Under the pieces are notes generated by a model. It searched no databases. It was not told the origin of the DNA and was given only the letters and a program-made list of their open reading frames with translations. 64,000 nt of DNA. Origin: Nitrospirota bacterium (GTDB lineage Bacteria; Nitrospirota; UBA9217). Below are positions 8,946-18,826 of this stretch, one piece after another. Every line of letters begins with the position of its first letter. Position 1 is the first letter of the stretch. The translations under genes were made by a program, and so were the position numbers. Where the stretch lies: NCBI GenBank assembly GCA_963790205.1, contig CAWBNQ010000003.1, forward strand, positions 64,001 to 128,000. The letters are read 5' to 3'.

Positions 8946-10532
8946 ATGCTCCTCATCTTTCCTCCTGTTGCGAAACCCTGCGAACCGCCTGCCGGCATAG
9001 CAAAACTTGCAGGCGCGCTCAAAGCCCACGGGATATCCTGCCGCGTCCTTGATGCGAATCTGGAGGGGCTTCTGTATCTCCTGGGGCAGCCGCAGGCAGT
9101 GAACGATACCTGGACCCGCAGGGCCGTCAAAAATATCTCAAAAAATATCGCCGCGCTGAAGGACCCCGGGACCTATCGGTCTCTTGATCGCTACAGCCGG
9201 GCTGTCAAGGACATTAACCGGGTGCTCGAAGCCCCTGCCGGGGCGCGCGGCGCGCTCCTGGGGCTTTCGGACTATCAGGACCAGCGGCTCTCTCCCGTGC
9301 GGAGCGCCGATTTGCTCCTTGCGGCGGAGCATCCGGAGCGAAACCCGTTCTATCCCTGGTTCAGAAAACGTTTGTCGGAACTGATTGAAAAAACATTTTC
9401 TTCGCGAAGGCGCCAAGGACGCGAAGGAAAGCGTGAAGACGAGGGAAGGGATAACACGACAGCGGAACATTTAATTGGCTTTTCTCTGAACTATCTGAGC
9501 CAGGCGCTGTGCGCGTTCGCCATGATCGGATTCGTCAGGAAAGAGTTCCCCGGGATGAAGATCATTCTCGGCGGCGGACTCGTGGGCTCATGGATGAAGA
9601 GGCCGGGATGGAAAAACCCGTTTATCGGACTCGTTGATCACCTTATCGCGGGTCCGGGAGAAGGGCCTCTTCTCGACCTTCTCGGCGCCGAAGAGGTGCA
9701 GCAGAAACGCACTTTGCCGGATTACGAAGCTCTGCCCATTCATGATTATCTCTCACCCGGCTTCATTCTTCCCTACAGCGGGTCGAGCGGATGCTATTGG
9801 AACAAATGTTCCTTTTGTCCCGAAACAGCCGAAGAGAACCCCTATGTCGCTGTTCCCGCCGAGAGGGCAATGGATGATCTGTACGCCCTTGTCGCAGAGC
9901 ACAGGCCGGTCATGCTCCATTTGCTGGACAATTCCATAAGTCCCGCGCTCATGCGCGCGCTCTCGGAAAAGCCGCTCGAAATCCCCTGGTACGGTTTCGC
10001 GCGCATCGGCAAAGAGCTGATGGACATCGATCATTGTATGCGGCTCAAACGCTCGGGATGCGTGATGCTGAAGCTCGGGCTGGAGTCGGGAGACCAGAGC
10101 GTCCTTGATGCGATGCAGAAAGGGATCGACCTTGAGACCGCGTCGCAGGTCTTGAAGAACCTGCACCAGGCGGGCATCGCCGCTTATGCATACCTTCTTT
10201 TCGGCACGCCGGCTGAAACAATAGCCGAAGCCCGGAAGACGCTCGAGTTTGTCGTCAGGCACCGGGAGGCGATCACGTTCCTGAATCTTGCGATCTTCAA
10301 TATGCCCCTCTGTGGAAAAGAGGCGGGGGAGTACGAGACCGAAGAGTTCTATGACGGTGACCTTTCGCTCTATACCGGCTTCAGGCATCCCCGAGGATGG
10401 GACCGGAAACTTGTAAGGCAGTTCCTGGACAGCGAGTTCAAGCGGCACAGCGCCGTATCCTTGATCCTGAAAAACGACCCCCCGGTGTTCACTTCCAACC
10501 ACGCCGCGTTCTTTTTATCCCGTTCGGCATGA
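8946..10532 (+). CDS. B12-binding-domain radical SAM protein
   Basis: N-terminal LLIFPP...PPAGIAKLAGAL; CYWNKCSFC cluster motif; LGLESG...M.KG; GTPAET. Confidence 0.88.
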   Translation: MLLIFPPVAKPCEPPAGIAKLAGALKAHGISCRVLDANLEGLLYLLGQPQAVNDTWTRRAVKNISKNIAALKDPGTYRSLDRYSRAVKDINRVLEAPAGARGALLGLSDYQDQRLSPVRSADLLLAAEHPERNPFYPWFRKRLSELIEKTFSSRRRQGREGKREDEGRDNTTAEHLIGFSLNYLSQALCAFAMIGFVRKEFPGMKIILGGGLVGSWMKRPGWKNPFIGLVDHLIAGPGEGPLLDLLGAEEVQQKRTLPDYEALPIHDYLSPGFILPYSGSSGCYWNKCSFCPETAEENPYVAVPAERAMDDLYALVAEHRPVMLHLLDNSISPALMRALSEKPLEIPWYGFARIGKELMDIDHCMRLKRSGCVMLKLGLESGDQSVLDAMQKGIDLETASQVLKNLHQAGIAAYAYLLFGTPAETIAEARKTLEFVVRHREAITFLNLAIFNMPLCGKEAGEYETEEFYDGDLSLYTGFRHPRGWDRKLVRQFLDSEFKRHSAVSLILKNDPPVFTSNHAAFFLSRSA

Positions 10533-10721
10533 AAAACGCTGACGCAGAGCGTTATTTTCCGGAGCTCCGTTTCCAGCCATGAAGTGAAGCCGGGTTTTAT
10601 TTTAATTGCCAATGTGGTATATTTGGATAAGTACGAACAGTCGAAATCCGGGAGATGGGGGGCTGAGGAGGTCTCGTTCGGGATTTAGGCAGACTTTTTC
10701 CCGGAGGTCCGGAAGGTATTT

Positions 10722-11324
10722 ATGGATGTCAAGCCGATCAGCGTGCTGCTCATCGAGGATAGTCCCGATGACGCCGTTCTCATTCAATGGTACTTGTCCA
10801 ATGCCATGAAGGTCCCGCATGAAGTGAAACATGCGGACCGGCTGAGCAAGGGCCTCGGGTTCCTGGGAAGCGGCGGCTTCGATGTGGTGCTCCTGGACCT
10901 CGGGCTGCCGGACGGACAGGGCCTCAGCACCTTTGAAAAGGTTCATGCGCACGCGCCCGGGGTCCCGATCATCGTGCTGACCGGTCACGACGATGACGAT
11001 CTTGCCGTGGAGGCCGTTCAGAAAGGCGCGCAGGATTATCTCGTCAAGGGCAAGGTCGACGGCAGCCTCGTCGGCCGCTCCATACGCTACGCCATCGAAC
11101 GCCAGAAACTGCTCACCCAGATCGAGCATTCCACGAGGGAAATTAAAACCCTCAGGGGGTTCCTGCCCATCTGCGCGGGCTGCAAAAAGATCCGCGACGA
11201 CCAGGGCTATTGGACCCAGATCGAGACGTATATCAGCCAGCACTCGGACGCGGAATTCAGCCATGGCCTGTGCCCGGAGTGCGCATTGAGGCTCTACGGT
11301 CATGTCCTCGGGAAAAAAGCATGA
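10722..11324 (+). CDS. Response regulator (REC domain plus C-terminal Cys-rich tail)
   Basis: LLIEDSPDD, VLLDLGLPD, VLTG, DYLVK; tail LPICAGCKKIRD...FSHGLCPEC. Confidence 0.9.
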   Translation: MDVKPISVLLIEDSPDDAVLIQWYLSNAMKVPHEVKHADRLSKGLGFLGSGGFDVVLLDLGLPDGQGLSTFEKVHAHAPGVPIIVLTGHDDDDLAVEAVQKGAQDYLVKGKVDGSLVGRSIRYAIERQKLLTQIEHSTREIKTLRGFLPICAGCKKIRDDQGYWTQIETYISQHSDAEFSHGLCPECALRLYGHVLGKKA

Positions 11325-11404
11325 TGTTGCAGCGCTTCCGCCGCTTCCTCTCCTCACATAACGAGCCTTTGCTTTTTGCCCGCCATAAATCTCTTTCATA
11401 GGTG

Positions 11405-11558
11405 GTCATTCTGAGCGCAGCGAAGAATCTCGCATTTCCGGACCGTCGCAAGACCCTTCAGGGAGCCTACCCTGAGCAAGATTCTCCACTTCGCCGCGCT
11501 TCGTTCAGAATGACCGCGAAGGGTTCAGAGCTTGCCCTGAGCTTGTCGAAGGGGTGAC
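11405..11558. repeat. Cluster of nested REP-like palindromic elements
   Basis: GTCATTCTGAGCGCAGCGAAGAATCT ... TTCAGAATGAC, plus GAGCCTACCCTGAGC and GAGCTTGCCCTGAGCTTGTCGAAGGG units. Confidence 0.7.
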
Positions 11559-11713
11559 CATTTAAGTAAAGAAGCGTTGGCAATGCAGAAAAAGAACAAG
11601 GACCCCGAACCTTCAGGAGAAGCTTTTTCGCAAGTTTTAAGTCCCTCGATCTTCTCCGTTCAATACCATTTTTTCACGTCTGTTATACTTTAAACAGCCT
11701 CTCCTCAGGGAAT

Positions 11714-12781
11714 ATGCATATGAAGAAATTATCGATCCTGTCCTTCGGGTTCCTGCTCCTGCTTTCCTTGCCTGCATTCGGCTCAGAGTGGCGCGATGTC
11801 TTGCCCGGAGACAGGGTGAACTTGCCGGAGGACCTGTACTTTCGGAAAGATTACCGGATACAATGGTGGTATTTCACCGGCCATCTCTTTGACGCCAACG
11901 GGAGGGAGTTCGGCTATGAGGTCACGTTCTTTGCCGCGGGCGTCCAGAAAAAAGCGTACCGGTCGAAATTCGGCGTGAATACCATATACCTTGCTCACAT
12001 TGCGGTCACCGATGTTCAGGGGAAGCGCTATTATCATTTCAGCATTGCCGATGCGGGCGCATACGGTTTCGCGGGCGCTGATAGTAAGCGCCTGCATGTC
12101 TGGGTGGACAAAGACTTCGTGGAGGGGACGCCTAGGAAGATGCATGTCAGGGCCGTTGCAGAGGATATCGAGCTCGACCTGGTTCTCATCCCGGCAAAGC
12201 CGGCGGTCCTGAACGGCGAGCGGGGATATTCGCGCAAGTCCGAAGCATCGTCCCTGATCGCGTCCCGGTATTTTTCCTTTACCGACCTGGAAACACGAGG
12301 GACGATGAAAGTGGGCCCCTCTGTTTTTCCGGTAAACGGGAAGAGCTGGTTCGACCGCGAGATCTCGTCCCGGGGTTTGTCGAAGGACGAAGCGGGATGG
12401 GACTGGTTCGCCCTGCAGCTCGAGGACGGCCGGGAGATCATGCTCTATGACATACGAAAAAAAAACGGCTCCATCGGGGCCTACTCCTCGGGGACGCTTG
12501 TGTATAAAGACGGCAGATACCGGCGCCTTTCAAAGGGTGATTTTACGGTGAACGTGCTCGATCACTATACGTCGGAGCACACCGGAACGCGGTATCCATC
12601 GAAGTGGGAGGTGGACCTTCCATCGGAAAAGCTGAGACTCCTCGTGACCCCTCTCTTGCCAGACCAGGAATTCACGGCCGCGGACGCGATGGGGAACTCC
12701 TACTGGGAAGGAACGTGCGGCATCGAAGGCAGCGCGCGGGGAAGGGCATACGTGGAAATGACGGGATATCAGGCGGATTGA
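11714..12781 (+). CDS. Secreted lipocalin-like / AttH-CrtC family protein
   Basis: Signal peptide; QWWYFTGHL, SWFDREISS, GWDWFAL, YWEG, YVEMTGY. Confidence 0.88.
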   Translation: MHMKKLSILSFGFLLLLSLPAFGSEWRDVLPGDRVNLPEDLYFRKDYRIQWWYFTGHLFDANGREFGYEVTFFAAGVQKKAYRSKFGVNTIYLAHIAVTDVQGKRYYHFSIADAGAYGFAGADSKRLHVWVDKDFVEGTPRKMHVRAVAEDIELDLVLIPAKPAVLNGERGYSRKSEASSLIASRYFSFTDLETRGTMKVGPSVFPVNGKSWFDREISSRGLSKDEAGWDWFALQLEDGREIMLYDIRKKNGSIGAYSSGTLVYKDGRYRRLSKGDFTVNVLDHYTSEHTGTRYPSKWEVDLPSEKLRLLVTPLLPDQEFTAADAMGNSYWEGTCGIEGSARGRAYVEMTGYQAD

Positions 12782-12832
12782 GCGGCGGCGCGGGAAGCGC
12801 CGCCCGGTGCGCGTTTGCTGGAAAGAGGATTT

Positions 12833-13480
12833 ATGATTCAACTTCAGAACGTTGAAAAAAATTACGGGGCAAGGTCCGTTTTCCGCGGGATCAATCTTGT
12901 CGTCGGGAGCGGAGAATTTCTCGCGATCATGGGCAGCTCGGGGTCCGGCAAGTCCACGCTTTTAAACCTCATCGGCGGCATGGACGTCCCCGACCGGGGA
13001 AGGATCGTCGTGGATAAGGACGTCATCTCGTCCTTTGCCGAAGAGGAGCTTACCGCTTTTCGCCGGAAAAAGGTGGGCTTCATATTCCAGTTTTTCAACC
13101 TCCTGCCGAACATTACGGTCTATGAAAATATCGAGATGCCGCTGCTTTTGAACGGCCAGGAGGGATATGAAAAGAAAGTTTCCCAATATATACAAATGGT
13201 CGGTCTGCAGGGAAGGGAGAACGACTACCCCGCATCTCTTTCGGGCGGGGAACAGCAGCGGGTCGCCATTGTTCGCGCGCTTATTCACGACCCCGGGATC
13301 ATCCTTGCCGACGAACCCACGGGGAACCTGGACAGCCGTACCGGCATGTCCATCGTTGAACTGATAAGGTCCGTGGCCGGAAGAAACGGGAAGACGGTGG
13401 TCCTGGTCACCCATAACCAGGCGGTCGCGGAACACGCGGACAGGACCATCAGGATCAAGGACGGGGCGCTTTTGCCATGA
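12833..13480 (+). CDS. ABC transporter ATP-binding protein (LolD/MacB-like)
   Basis: GSSGSGKST, GFIFQFFNL, LSGGEQQRV, LADEPTGNLD. Confidence 0.93.
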   Translation: MIQLQNVEKNYGARSVFRGINLVVGSGEFLAIMGSSGSGKSTLLNLIGGMDVPDRGRIVVDKDVISSFAEEELTAFRRKKVGFIFQFFNLLPNITVYENIEMPLLLNGQEGYEKKVSQYIQMVGLQGRENDYPASLSGGEQQRVAIVRALIHDPGIILADEPTGNLDSRTGMSIVELIRSVAGRNGKTVVLVTHNQAVAEHADRTIRIKDGALLP

Positions 13481-16002
13481 AATTTGCGAAACTCGTACAA
13501 CGTATTGTGCTGAGGTCCGTGAAGGAGGAACGGTTCCTGACGCTGCTCTCCATGCTCGGGGTGGCCCTGGGCATCGGCCTGTTCATGGGAGTGAACGTTG
13601 CCGCGAACAGGGCGCAGCAATCCTTCGAAACGAACATGAGGGGCCTTGACCCGGCCTTTAATTACGAGGTCGTGGACTCCTCGGGCAGCGATTTCCCGGA
13701 ACAGGTGTACGAGCCCGTCAAGGCCATCGCGGGAAAGGTGCTTCCGGTTTTGACCGTCAACGCGTATGTCCCTGATGCCGATGAGACAATAGAGATCAAC
13801 GGGATCTACACGGTAAAGGCCCTCGCCTTCATCGACGCAACGCCGGGCGGAAGGACCGACATTGAAGATTTTTTCAAGGACCGAAACGGCGTTCTCATAA
13901 CCAGGAGGTTTGCCCAGGCGCATCATATCAAACAAGGGGACACCCTGCGCGCGATCGCCTACAGCAAAGGGTATCGCCTCAAGATCGCTGGCGTCCTTGA
14001 TGCGCCACTCCTCCCGGGGAACCGGGTATTCATGGACCTTGGAAACTTTCAGGATTATTTCGGAAAGACCGGCTCTCTCACCAGGATCGATATCGCCGCC
14101 GATGAGAAGACCGCGGAAGAGATCGGTCGAATACTTCCTCCAGGCCTTGAGATCGAACAGAAACAAAAGATGATCGAGAGCCAGAAGTCCCTGGTCGGCT
14201 CCTTCCGGTCCAACCTCAGGTTCGTTACCTTCCTTGCCGTTCTGGTCGGGGTCTTTCTCCTGTACAACACGGTATTCATCTCCGTGGTCAAGCGGAGGAA
14301 GGAGATTGGGATCCTCCGCGGGCTCGGCATGGACCGGAAGACCGCTGTGGCCCTTTTTTCGGCCCAGGGCATGGTCCTCGGTTTCGCCGGCACCCTCCTC
14401 GGCATTGTGTTCGGCCAGGTCTGCGCCTGGTTTTCCATCATGGCAATGGAAAAGACGATCACCCGTTTCTACGGCGCGTTAAACGTATCGGGTTTCCTGA
14501 TAACCTGGCAGGAGGCCCTCAGGACCGTGATGCTGGGCCTCGGCGTCTCGCTGCTTGCTTCGATCGTGCCCGCGCTCGAGTCCGCACATATCAGGCCGAA
14601 CGAAAGCTCGCAGGAAGGCACCGCTGAAAGGGCATACCAGGGCCGGCAGTGGATTTTTTCCGTCATCGGCATCCTCTTTATTCTTTGCGGGGGCATGATC
14701 AGTTATATCGACTTTCGCTTTGTGCCTTTTGATTTTCCCTGGCTGTCCTACGGAGGGATCGTGCTTCTGATCCTGGGATGCACGTTCAATGCGCCCGTTT
14801 ACCTGGGAGCGTGCCTGAAGGCATTGAAGCGGCCGCTCTCTGCCCTGTTCAAGACCGGAGCGCGGATCGCCGTGGGTGACACCCGGGGAAACCGCTATCG
14901 CTTTTCCCTGGCGCTGATGAGCGTTGCGGTAAGCTCTGCCCTGATCGTGGCCACGGTCGCGTCGGTTCATTCCTTCAAAACCTCGTTCATCGACTGGATC
15001 GATACCTATATCACGGCCGATATGTACATAAAGCCGGCCTCCTGCACGTCGAACTTCTGCTTCCATCCCCTGCCGGGAGAGGTCGTACGGTCCATCGAGG
15101 GCCTTCCCGGAGTGGAAACTATAGGAAGGTTCCGGGCGCTCCTGGTCGATTTTCACGGGCAGAAGGTCGTTGCCGGGTTCGGGAATTCGTCATCCTTGTG
15201 GCAATACCGTCCCCGTATCAGCCGCAGCGAGAAGGAGCGGCTGCAGCGGCTTGCGCGATATCCCGAGCTTTCGATCTCGGATTACCTCGCGGTGAAGTAT
15301 GGGCTGAAAAAGGGGGACATCGTCGAGCTCGCGACCCCGAAGGGCAAGGTTGCTTTCACCGTCAACAATACGTCCATCAGCTATTCGACGATGTCGGGTT
15401 TCCTGTACATGGACCGGCGATGGTTAAAGGAATACTGGGGGCTTGACGACGCGACCCAGCTGAGCGTGTACCTGGCGAAAGGGTGGGACACCGGGCAATT
15501 CAAAAAGGAGATCGAAAAATCGCTTGGCGGAAAATACGCGCTCGAGATAACGGACAACGCCGAGCTTCGCCGCGACGTACTCGGGATATTCGACAAGAGC
15601 TTCGCCCTCACCTACACCATAGAGCTTATTGCGATCGTCATCTCTCTCATCGGCGTGGTGAACGCTCTCCTGATCCTCGTCTTCGAAAGAAAACGCGAGA
15701 TCGCAGTCCTGCGCTATCTCGGAGCGTCGTGGCGTCAGATCCGAAGCGTCATGGCCCTGACCGCGGGCATTCTCGGATCGGCCGGGACCGTGCTGGGCGC
15801 TGTCATGGGGTGGGCCATCAGTATCGTGATAACTCACGTGATCAATAAGATTTCTTTCGGATGGGAAGTGGCCCTCAGGGCGCCGCTGCTCACCCTTGCC
15901 GCGCTCATGGCGCTTCTCATCGTTGCCACGACTGCGGCGGGACTCGTACCCGCCTATCTTGCCCGGAAGATCGATCCAAAAGCGTTCATCAGCTTTGAAT
16001 GA
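13477..16002 (+). CDS. FtsX/MacB-type ABC permease with duplicated architecture
   Basis: Two repeats of TM-periplasmic-TM with RRKEIGILRGLG and RKREIAVLRYLGA; ATGA overlap with the ATPase gene. Confidence 0.9.
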   Translation: MKFAKLVQRIVLRSVKEERFLTLLSMLGVALGIGLFMGVNVAANRAQQSFETNMRGLDPAFNYEVVDSSGSDFPEQVYEPVKAIAGKVLPVLTVNAYVPDADETIEINGIYTVKALAFIDATPGGRTDIEDFFKDRNGVLITRRFAQAHHIKQGDTLRAIAYSKGYRLKIAGVLDAPLLPGNRVFMDLGNFQDYFGKTGSLTRIDIAADEKTAEEIGRILPPGLEIEQKQKMIESQKSLVGSFRSNLRFVTFLAVLVGVFLLYNTVFISVVKRRKEIGILRGLGMDRKTAVALFSAQGMVLGFAGTLLGIVFGQVCAWFSIMAMEKTITRFYGALNVSGFLITWQEALRTVMLGLGVSLLASIVPALESAHIRPNESSQEGTAERAYQGRQWIFSVIGILFILCGGMISYIDFRFVPFDFPWLSYGGIVLLILGCTFNAPVYLGACLKALKRPLSALFKTGARIAVGDTRGNRYRFSLALMSVAVSSALIVATVASVHSFKTSFIDWIDTYITADMYIKPASCTSNFCFHPLPGEVVRSIEGLPGVETIGRFRALLVDFHGQKVVAGFGNSSSLWQYRPRISRSEKERLQRLARYPELSISDYLAVKYGLKKGDIVELATPKGKVAFTVNNTSISYSTMSGFLYMDRRWLKEYWGLDDATQLSVYLAKGWDTGQFKKEIEKSLGGKYALEITDNAELRRDVLGIFDKSFALTYTIELIAIVISLIGVVNALLILVFERKREIAVLRYLGASWRQIRSVMALTAGILGSAGTVLGAVMGWAISIVITHVINKISFGWEVALRAPLLTLAALMALLIVATTAAGLVPAYLARKIDPKAFISFE

Positions 16003-16068
16003 CCGCCGCGGGCCGGTTGGCAGGTTGTTTACACCTGAGAATATCAAAGATGGATTTTTCAACAAACG

Positions 16069-16245
16069 CTAGGCTGGTTGCCGGGCCGCTTGCCGTACCT
16101 AGCCGCGCTCCCCGGCGATATCGTCAAGAGGGAGCGTGGCCAGGTCTTCAATGGCGAGCATATCGGCAGGGGTGGGGGAAAAGGAAGAAATGCCCTTGAG
16201 ATAGCCCCTGCACTTGTCGCATGCCTCGATCCGCGTCTTCTCCCG
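16069..16245 (-). pseudogene. C-terminal remnant of a second FdhE
   Basis: EKTRIEACDKCRGYLKGI...EDLATLPLDDIAGERG* then 9 codons to another TAG. No start and no N-terminal part. Confidence 0.75.
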
Positions 16246-16564
16246 GTTCCGTTCATCCGGCCGGCATCCGATATCGGCTCGCGCGACGACGCAGTCCACG
16301 GCAAAGGGATCCTCTGCGGCCGGCGCATTCCGGCGCCAGCAGCTATCATCAGCGCCGCCTACTGTATTGCATGTCAATATTGTGGCAAGGGTGAAGACTT
16401 CAGGTTGAAACATGCATATGAACCATTAGCAGAGATTCAATAAATTTATTGTATGTATTTCTCGAACGCTTTATCATTTACATCGTGAATTTTTGCCGCT
16501 GTCAGATACTGCAGCAGCAAAACAGTATCCGTTTATACGCTCAGAGTTTAACACCACGCACAGG

Positions 16565-17629
16565 CTATCCCAACTTCCCGAATGGACATACCGGATACCT
16601 GCACACGTCGCATTTCAGGCAGAGTCCGCCATGTCCAAGGGCCGCCACTTCTTTGCGTCCTATCCGATCTCCGGCAAGCACGCGGGGAAGGATGAGATCG
16701 AATATCGTGGTCTTTGCGTACATGCCGCAAGCGGGAATGCCGATAATGGGAACCGTTCCGAGATATGCGATGAGAAACATAGCACCGGGAAGGACCGCGG
16801 AGCCATAGATGATGTCTCCCGCGCCCAGTTCCCGAATCGCAAACCGCGTTACGTCATCGGGGTCCACAGACATGCCGCCCGTGGTGATCAGCAGGTCCGC
16901 CCCGGCTTTCAGCAGTTCCCGCAGCCTGTCCACGATGAACGCCTTATCATCCGGCGCATAGTAGACTCCGACAAGTTCCCCGCCGATATCCTCAATTTTC
17001 TTCGTAATGACCGGCGCGAAGGCGTCCTTGATTTTGCCGCTGTAGACTTCCTTCCCCGTGATCACAACGCCGACTTTCGGCTTTCTGATTTCCCGTACCC
17101 GGATGATCTTTCCAGCCCTTTCGCCGATAGTGACCGCCGTGTCCACGATAGTTTTCTTGATCACAAGAGGAATGGCCCTCGTCCCTGCGACTGTCTGCCC
17201 TTTCTTAACAAGCGTATTTGTGTGGAGCGTTGCAGCCATGACCTCGCCCAGCATATTGAATGCAAGCAGCGCGTCACGATCTATTGTGAGGAGGCCGTCG
17301 CGCTCGGCAACAATGCTGATCTTGCCCTCCTTGGGTTCGCCTTTTATCGCGACCCCTTCTCCCATGAGCGCAGTGGCAAGCGCATATGCCGCATCATTCT
17401 CGTGCATCTCGTCCTCGGCGACCTGGAGCACATAGAGATGCTCCTTGCCGAGCCGCTGGAGATGGCAGACATCTTCTTCTCGGATAAGGTGGCCTTTCTT
17501 GAAGGCGCGGCCCTTGAATTCGCCCGGCCTGATCTCGGTTATATCATGAGCCAGGACCGTGCCGACTGCCCGTGTCACCGGAATAGCTTTCATTGTCGGA
17601 CCCTGGGATTCATGCATATCGTCACACAT
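16565..17629 (-). CDS. Molybdopterin-binding (MoeA/MogA-like) protein
   Basis: AVGTVLAHDITEI...FKKGH, VVITGKEV, TGGMSVDPDD, PGAMFL, C-terminal CLKCDVCRYPVCPFGK. Confidence 0.88.
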   Translation of the reverse strand: MCDDMHESQGPTMKAIPVTRAVGTVLAHDITEIRPGEFKGRAFKKGHLIREEDVCHLQRLGKEHLYVLQVAEDEMHENDAAYALATALMGEGVAIKGEPKEGKISIVAERDGLLTIDRDALLAFNMLGEVMAATLHTNTLVKKGQTVAGTRAIPLVIKKTIVDTAVTIGERAGKIIRVREIRKPKVGVVITGKEVYSGKIKDAFAPVITKKIEDIGGELVGVYYAPDDKAFIVDRLRELLKAGADLLITTGGMSVDPDDVTRFAIRELGAGDIIYGSAVLPGAMFLIAYLGTVPIIGIPACGMYAKTTIFDLILPRVLAGDRIGRKEVAALGHGGLCLKCDVCRYPVCPFGKLG

Positions 17630-17987
17630 GGGAGGCTCCCCCGAATATTGACCTGAATCTCTTATCAACAATCGCTTGTACGCCTTTTTCAAGCGCTTCG
17701 TATTTCTTCAGGAACTTCCGGGCATCATCTGTCAATGTAGCGCCGCCGCCGTTCCTGCCGCCGGTTTGCCGCTTGACCAGCTGCACGTCCAGGCGTGCTT
17801 CCATGACCTTGATGTGGCCCCACGCTTTCCGGAAGGATATATCGACGCTTTTCGCCGCCCTGTTGATCGATCCGTGAGTGTCAATCGCTTCGAGCAGGAA
17901 GCGCCGTCCGCGTCCGAATACGGGTTCGCCGTCTACTTCGATCCATATTTTCGACCTGATGTCCAGCCCGTTATGACCTTTCTGCAT
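17622..17987 (-). CDS. ModE-type winged-helix regulator (DNA-binding domain only)
   Basis: KIWIE...FGRGR..LLEAI..GSINRAA...SFRKAW...GGRNGGGATLT. Confidence 0.88.
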   Translation of the reverse strand: MQKGHNGLDIRSKIWIEVDGEPVFGRGRRFLLEAIDTHGSINRAAKSVDISFRKAWGHIKVMEARLDVQLVKRQTGGRNGGGATLTDDARKFLKKYEALEKGVQAIVDKRFRSIFGGASHV

Positions 17988-18615
17988 AACGCACCCCCGA
18001 AAAAAAATCTTTCACTGCGTAATAGCCGCCCTGTGCGCAGGTTGCACACAATATCTTCCCCTCTTGGCAGACTTCTCTCTTGTCCTGAACATGCTCGCCG
18101 CAGGAATCACACTGCACTCTTTGCAGGGGCCTGCCCGGCATGTCCTCGGGACGCACGGTGACAGAAACCTCCATCACGTCGAAAAGCTCTGCGTCGGCCA
18201 TGACCTTGTACGCCTCAAGTTGTCCCGCGTATTTGTTCTCAATGCCGGGGAAATATTCCTTCGCTTTCTCCCGCGATTCTTCCCTGGCGACGATCCTGAC
18301 CGCCCTCCCTGTTTTGAGGTTCATGTAGGTCGCCGCCATCTTACCGTAGTCCATGAATTTCATCGTCCGGCGGCCGAGACTGCAACCGGTGACCGACTGG
18401 ATGGCGTCCGTAGCGCACCGGTCCATCTCGACAAAAACAATGATGTTCTTCCGGTCCTTTTTTTTCGGGTCAAGAATGCCGATCTCCCGAAGGCCGAGCA
18501 TGGACATGCGGACGCCCAGTACCTGGCCCGCGCAGAGGTGTCCGTGTATTTCGACGGCCTCTGAGAGAATCCGTTCAAAATCAAAAATGTCTATCTGCAC
18601 GGGCTTTGTCCGCAT
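17971..18615 (-). CDS. FmdE/FwdE family protein with C-terminal zinc finger
   Basis: HGHLCAGQVLGVRM, EMDRCATDAIQSVTGCSLG, CDSCGE...CATC. Confidence 0.9.
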   Translation of the reverse strand: MRTKPVQIDIFDFERILSEAVEIHGHLCAGQVLGVRMSMLGLREIGILDPKKKDRKNIIVFVEMDRCATDAIQSVTGCSLGRRTMKFMDYGKMAATYMNLKTGRAVRIVAREESREKAKEYFPGIENKYAGQLEAYKVMADAELFDVMEVSVTVRPEDMPGRPLQRVQCDSCGEHVQDKREVCQEGKILCATCAQGGYYAVKDFFSGVRYAERS

Positions 18616-18826
18616 TAGTAATCTCCTCTTACACAGTTTGCAGCTATCGATAATAATCGCAGCGTCGCGAAAAATGCAAATTCATAATAGTCATACCGTA
18701 TGTGAATTCACTGCATGGGTAAATAGTGCCCGTCAGCAAGCGCAGCCTCACCAACCTGATTGCCTGGCAGCCCTGTCGAAGGTCCCCGTTCGGGGTGGAA
18801 ACAGCCGGGGACCTGTGAAGCAAGGA

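Noticed and set aside
16017..16072. IS/MITE-like ends (GCAGGTTGTT ... TTTTTCAACAAACGCTAG)
   Set aside because: Too degenerate to define inverted repeats or a target duplication.
16099..16101. TAG in the fdhE remnant as possible pyrrolysine recoding
   Set aside because: The fragment lacks a start and most of the gene; ordinary decay is simpler.
18781..18813. GGTCCCC/GGGGACC hairpin containing GGTGGAAACAGCC, reminiscent of a Moco riboswitch loop
   Set aside because: The motif is on the strand opposite the genes and the other conserved elements are missing; more likely a terminator or stabilising hairpin after fdhE.
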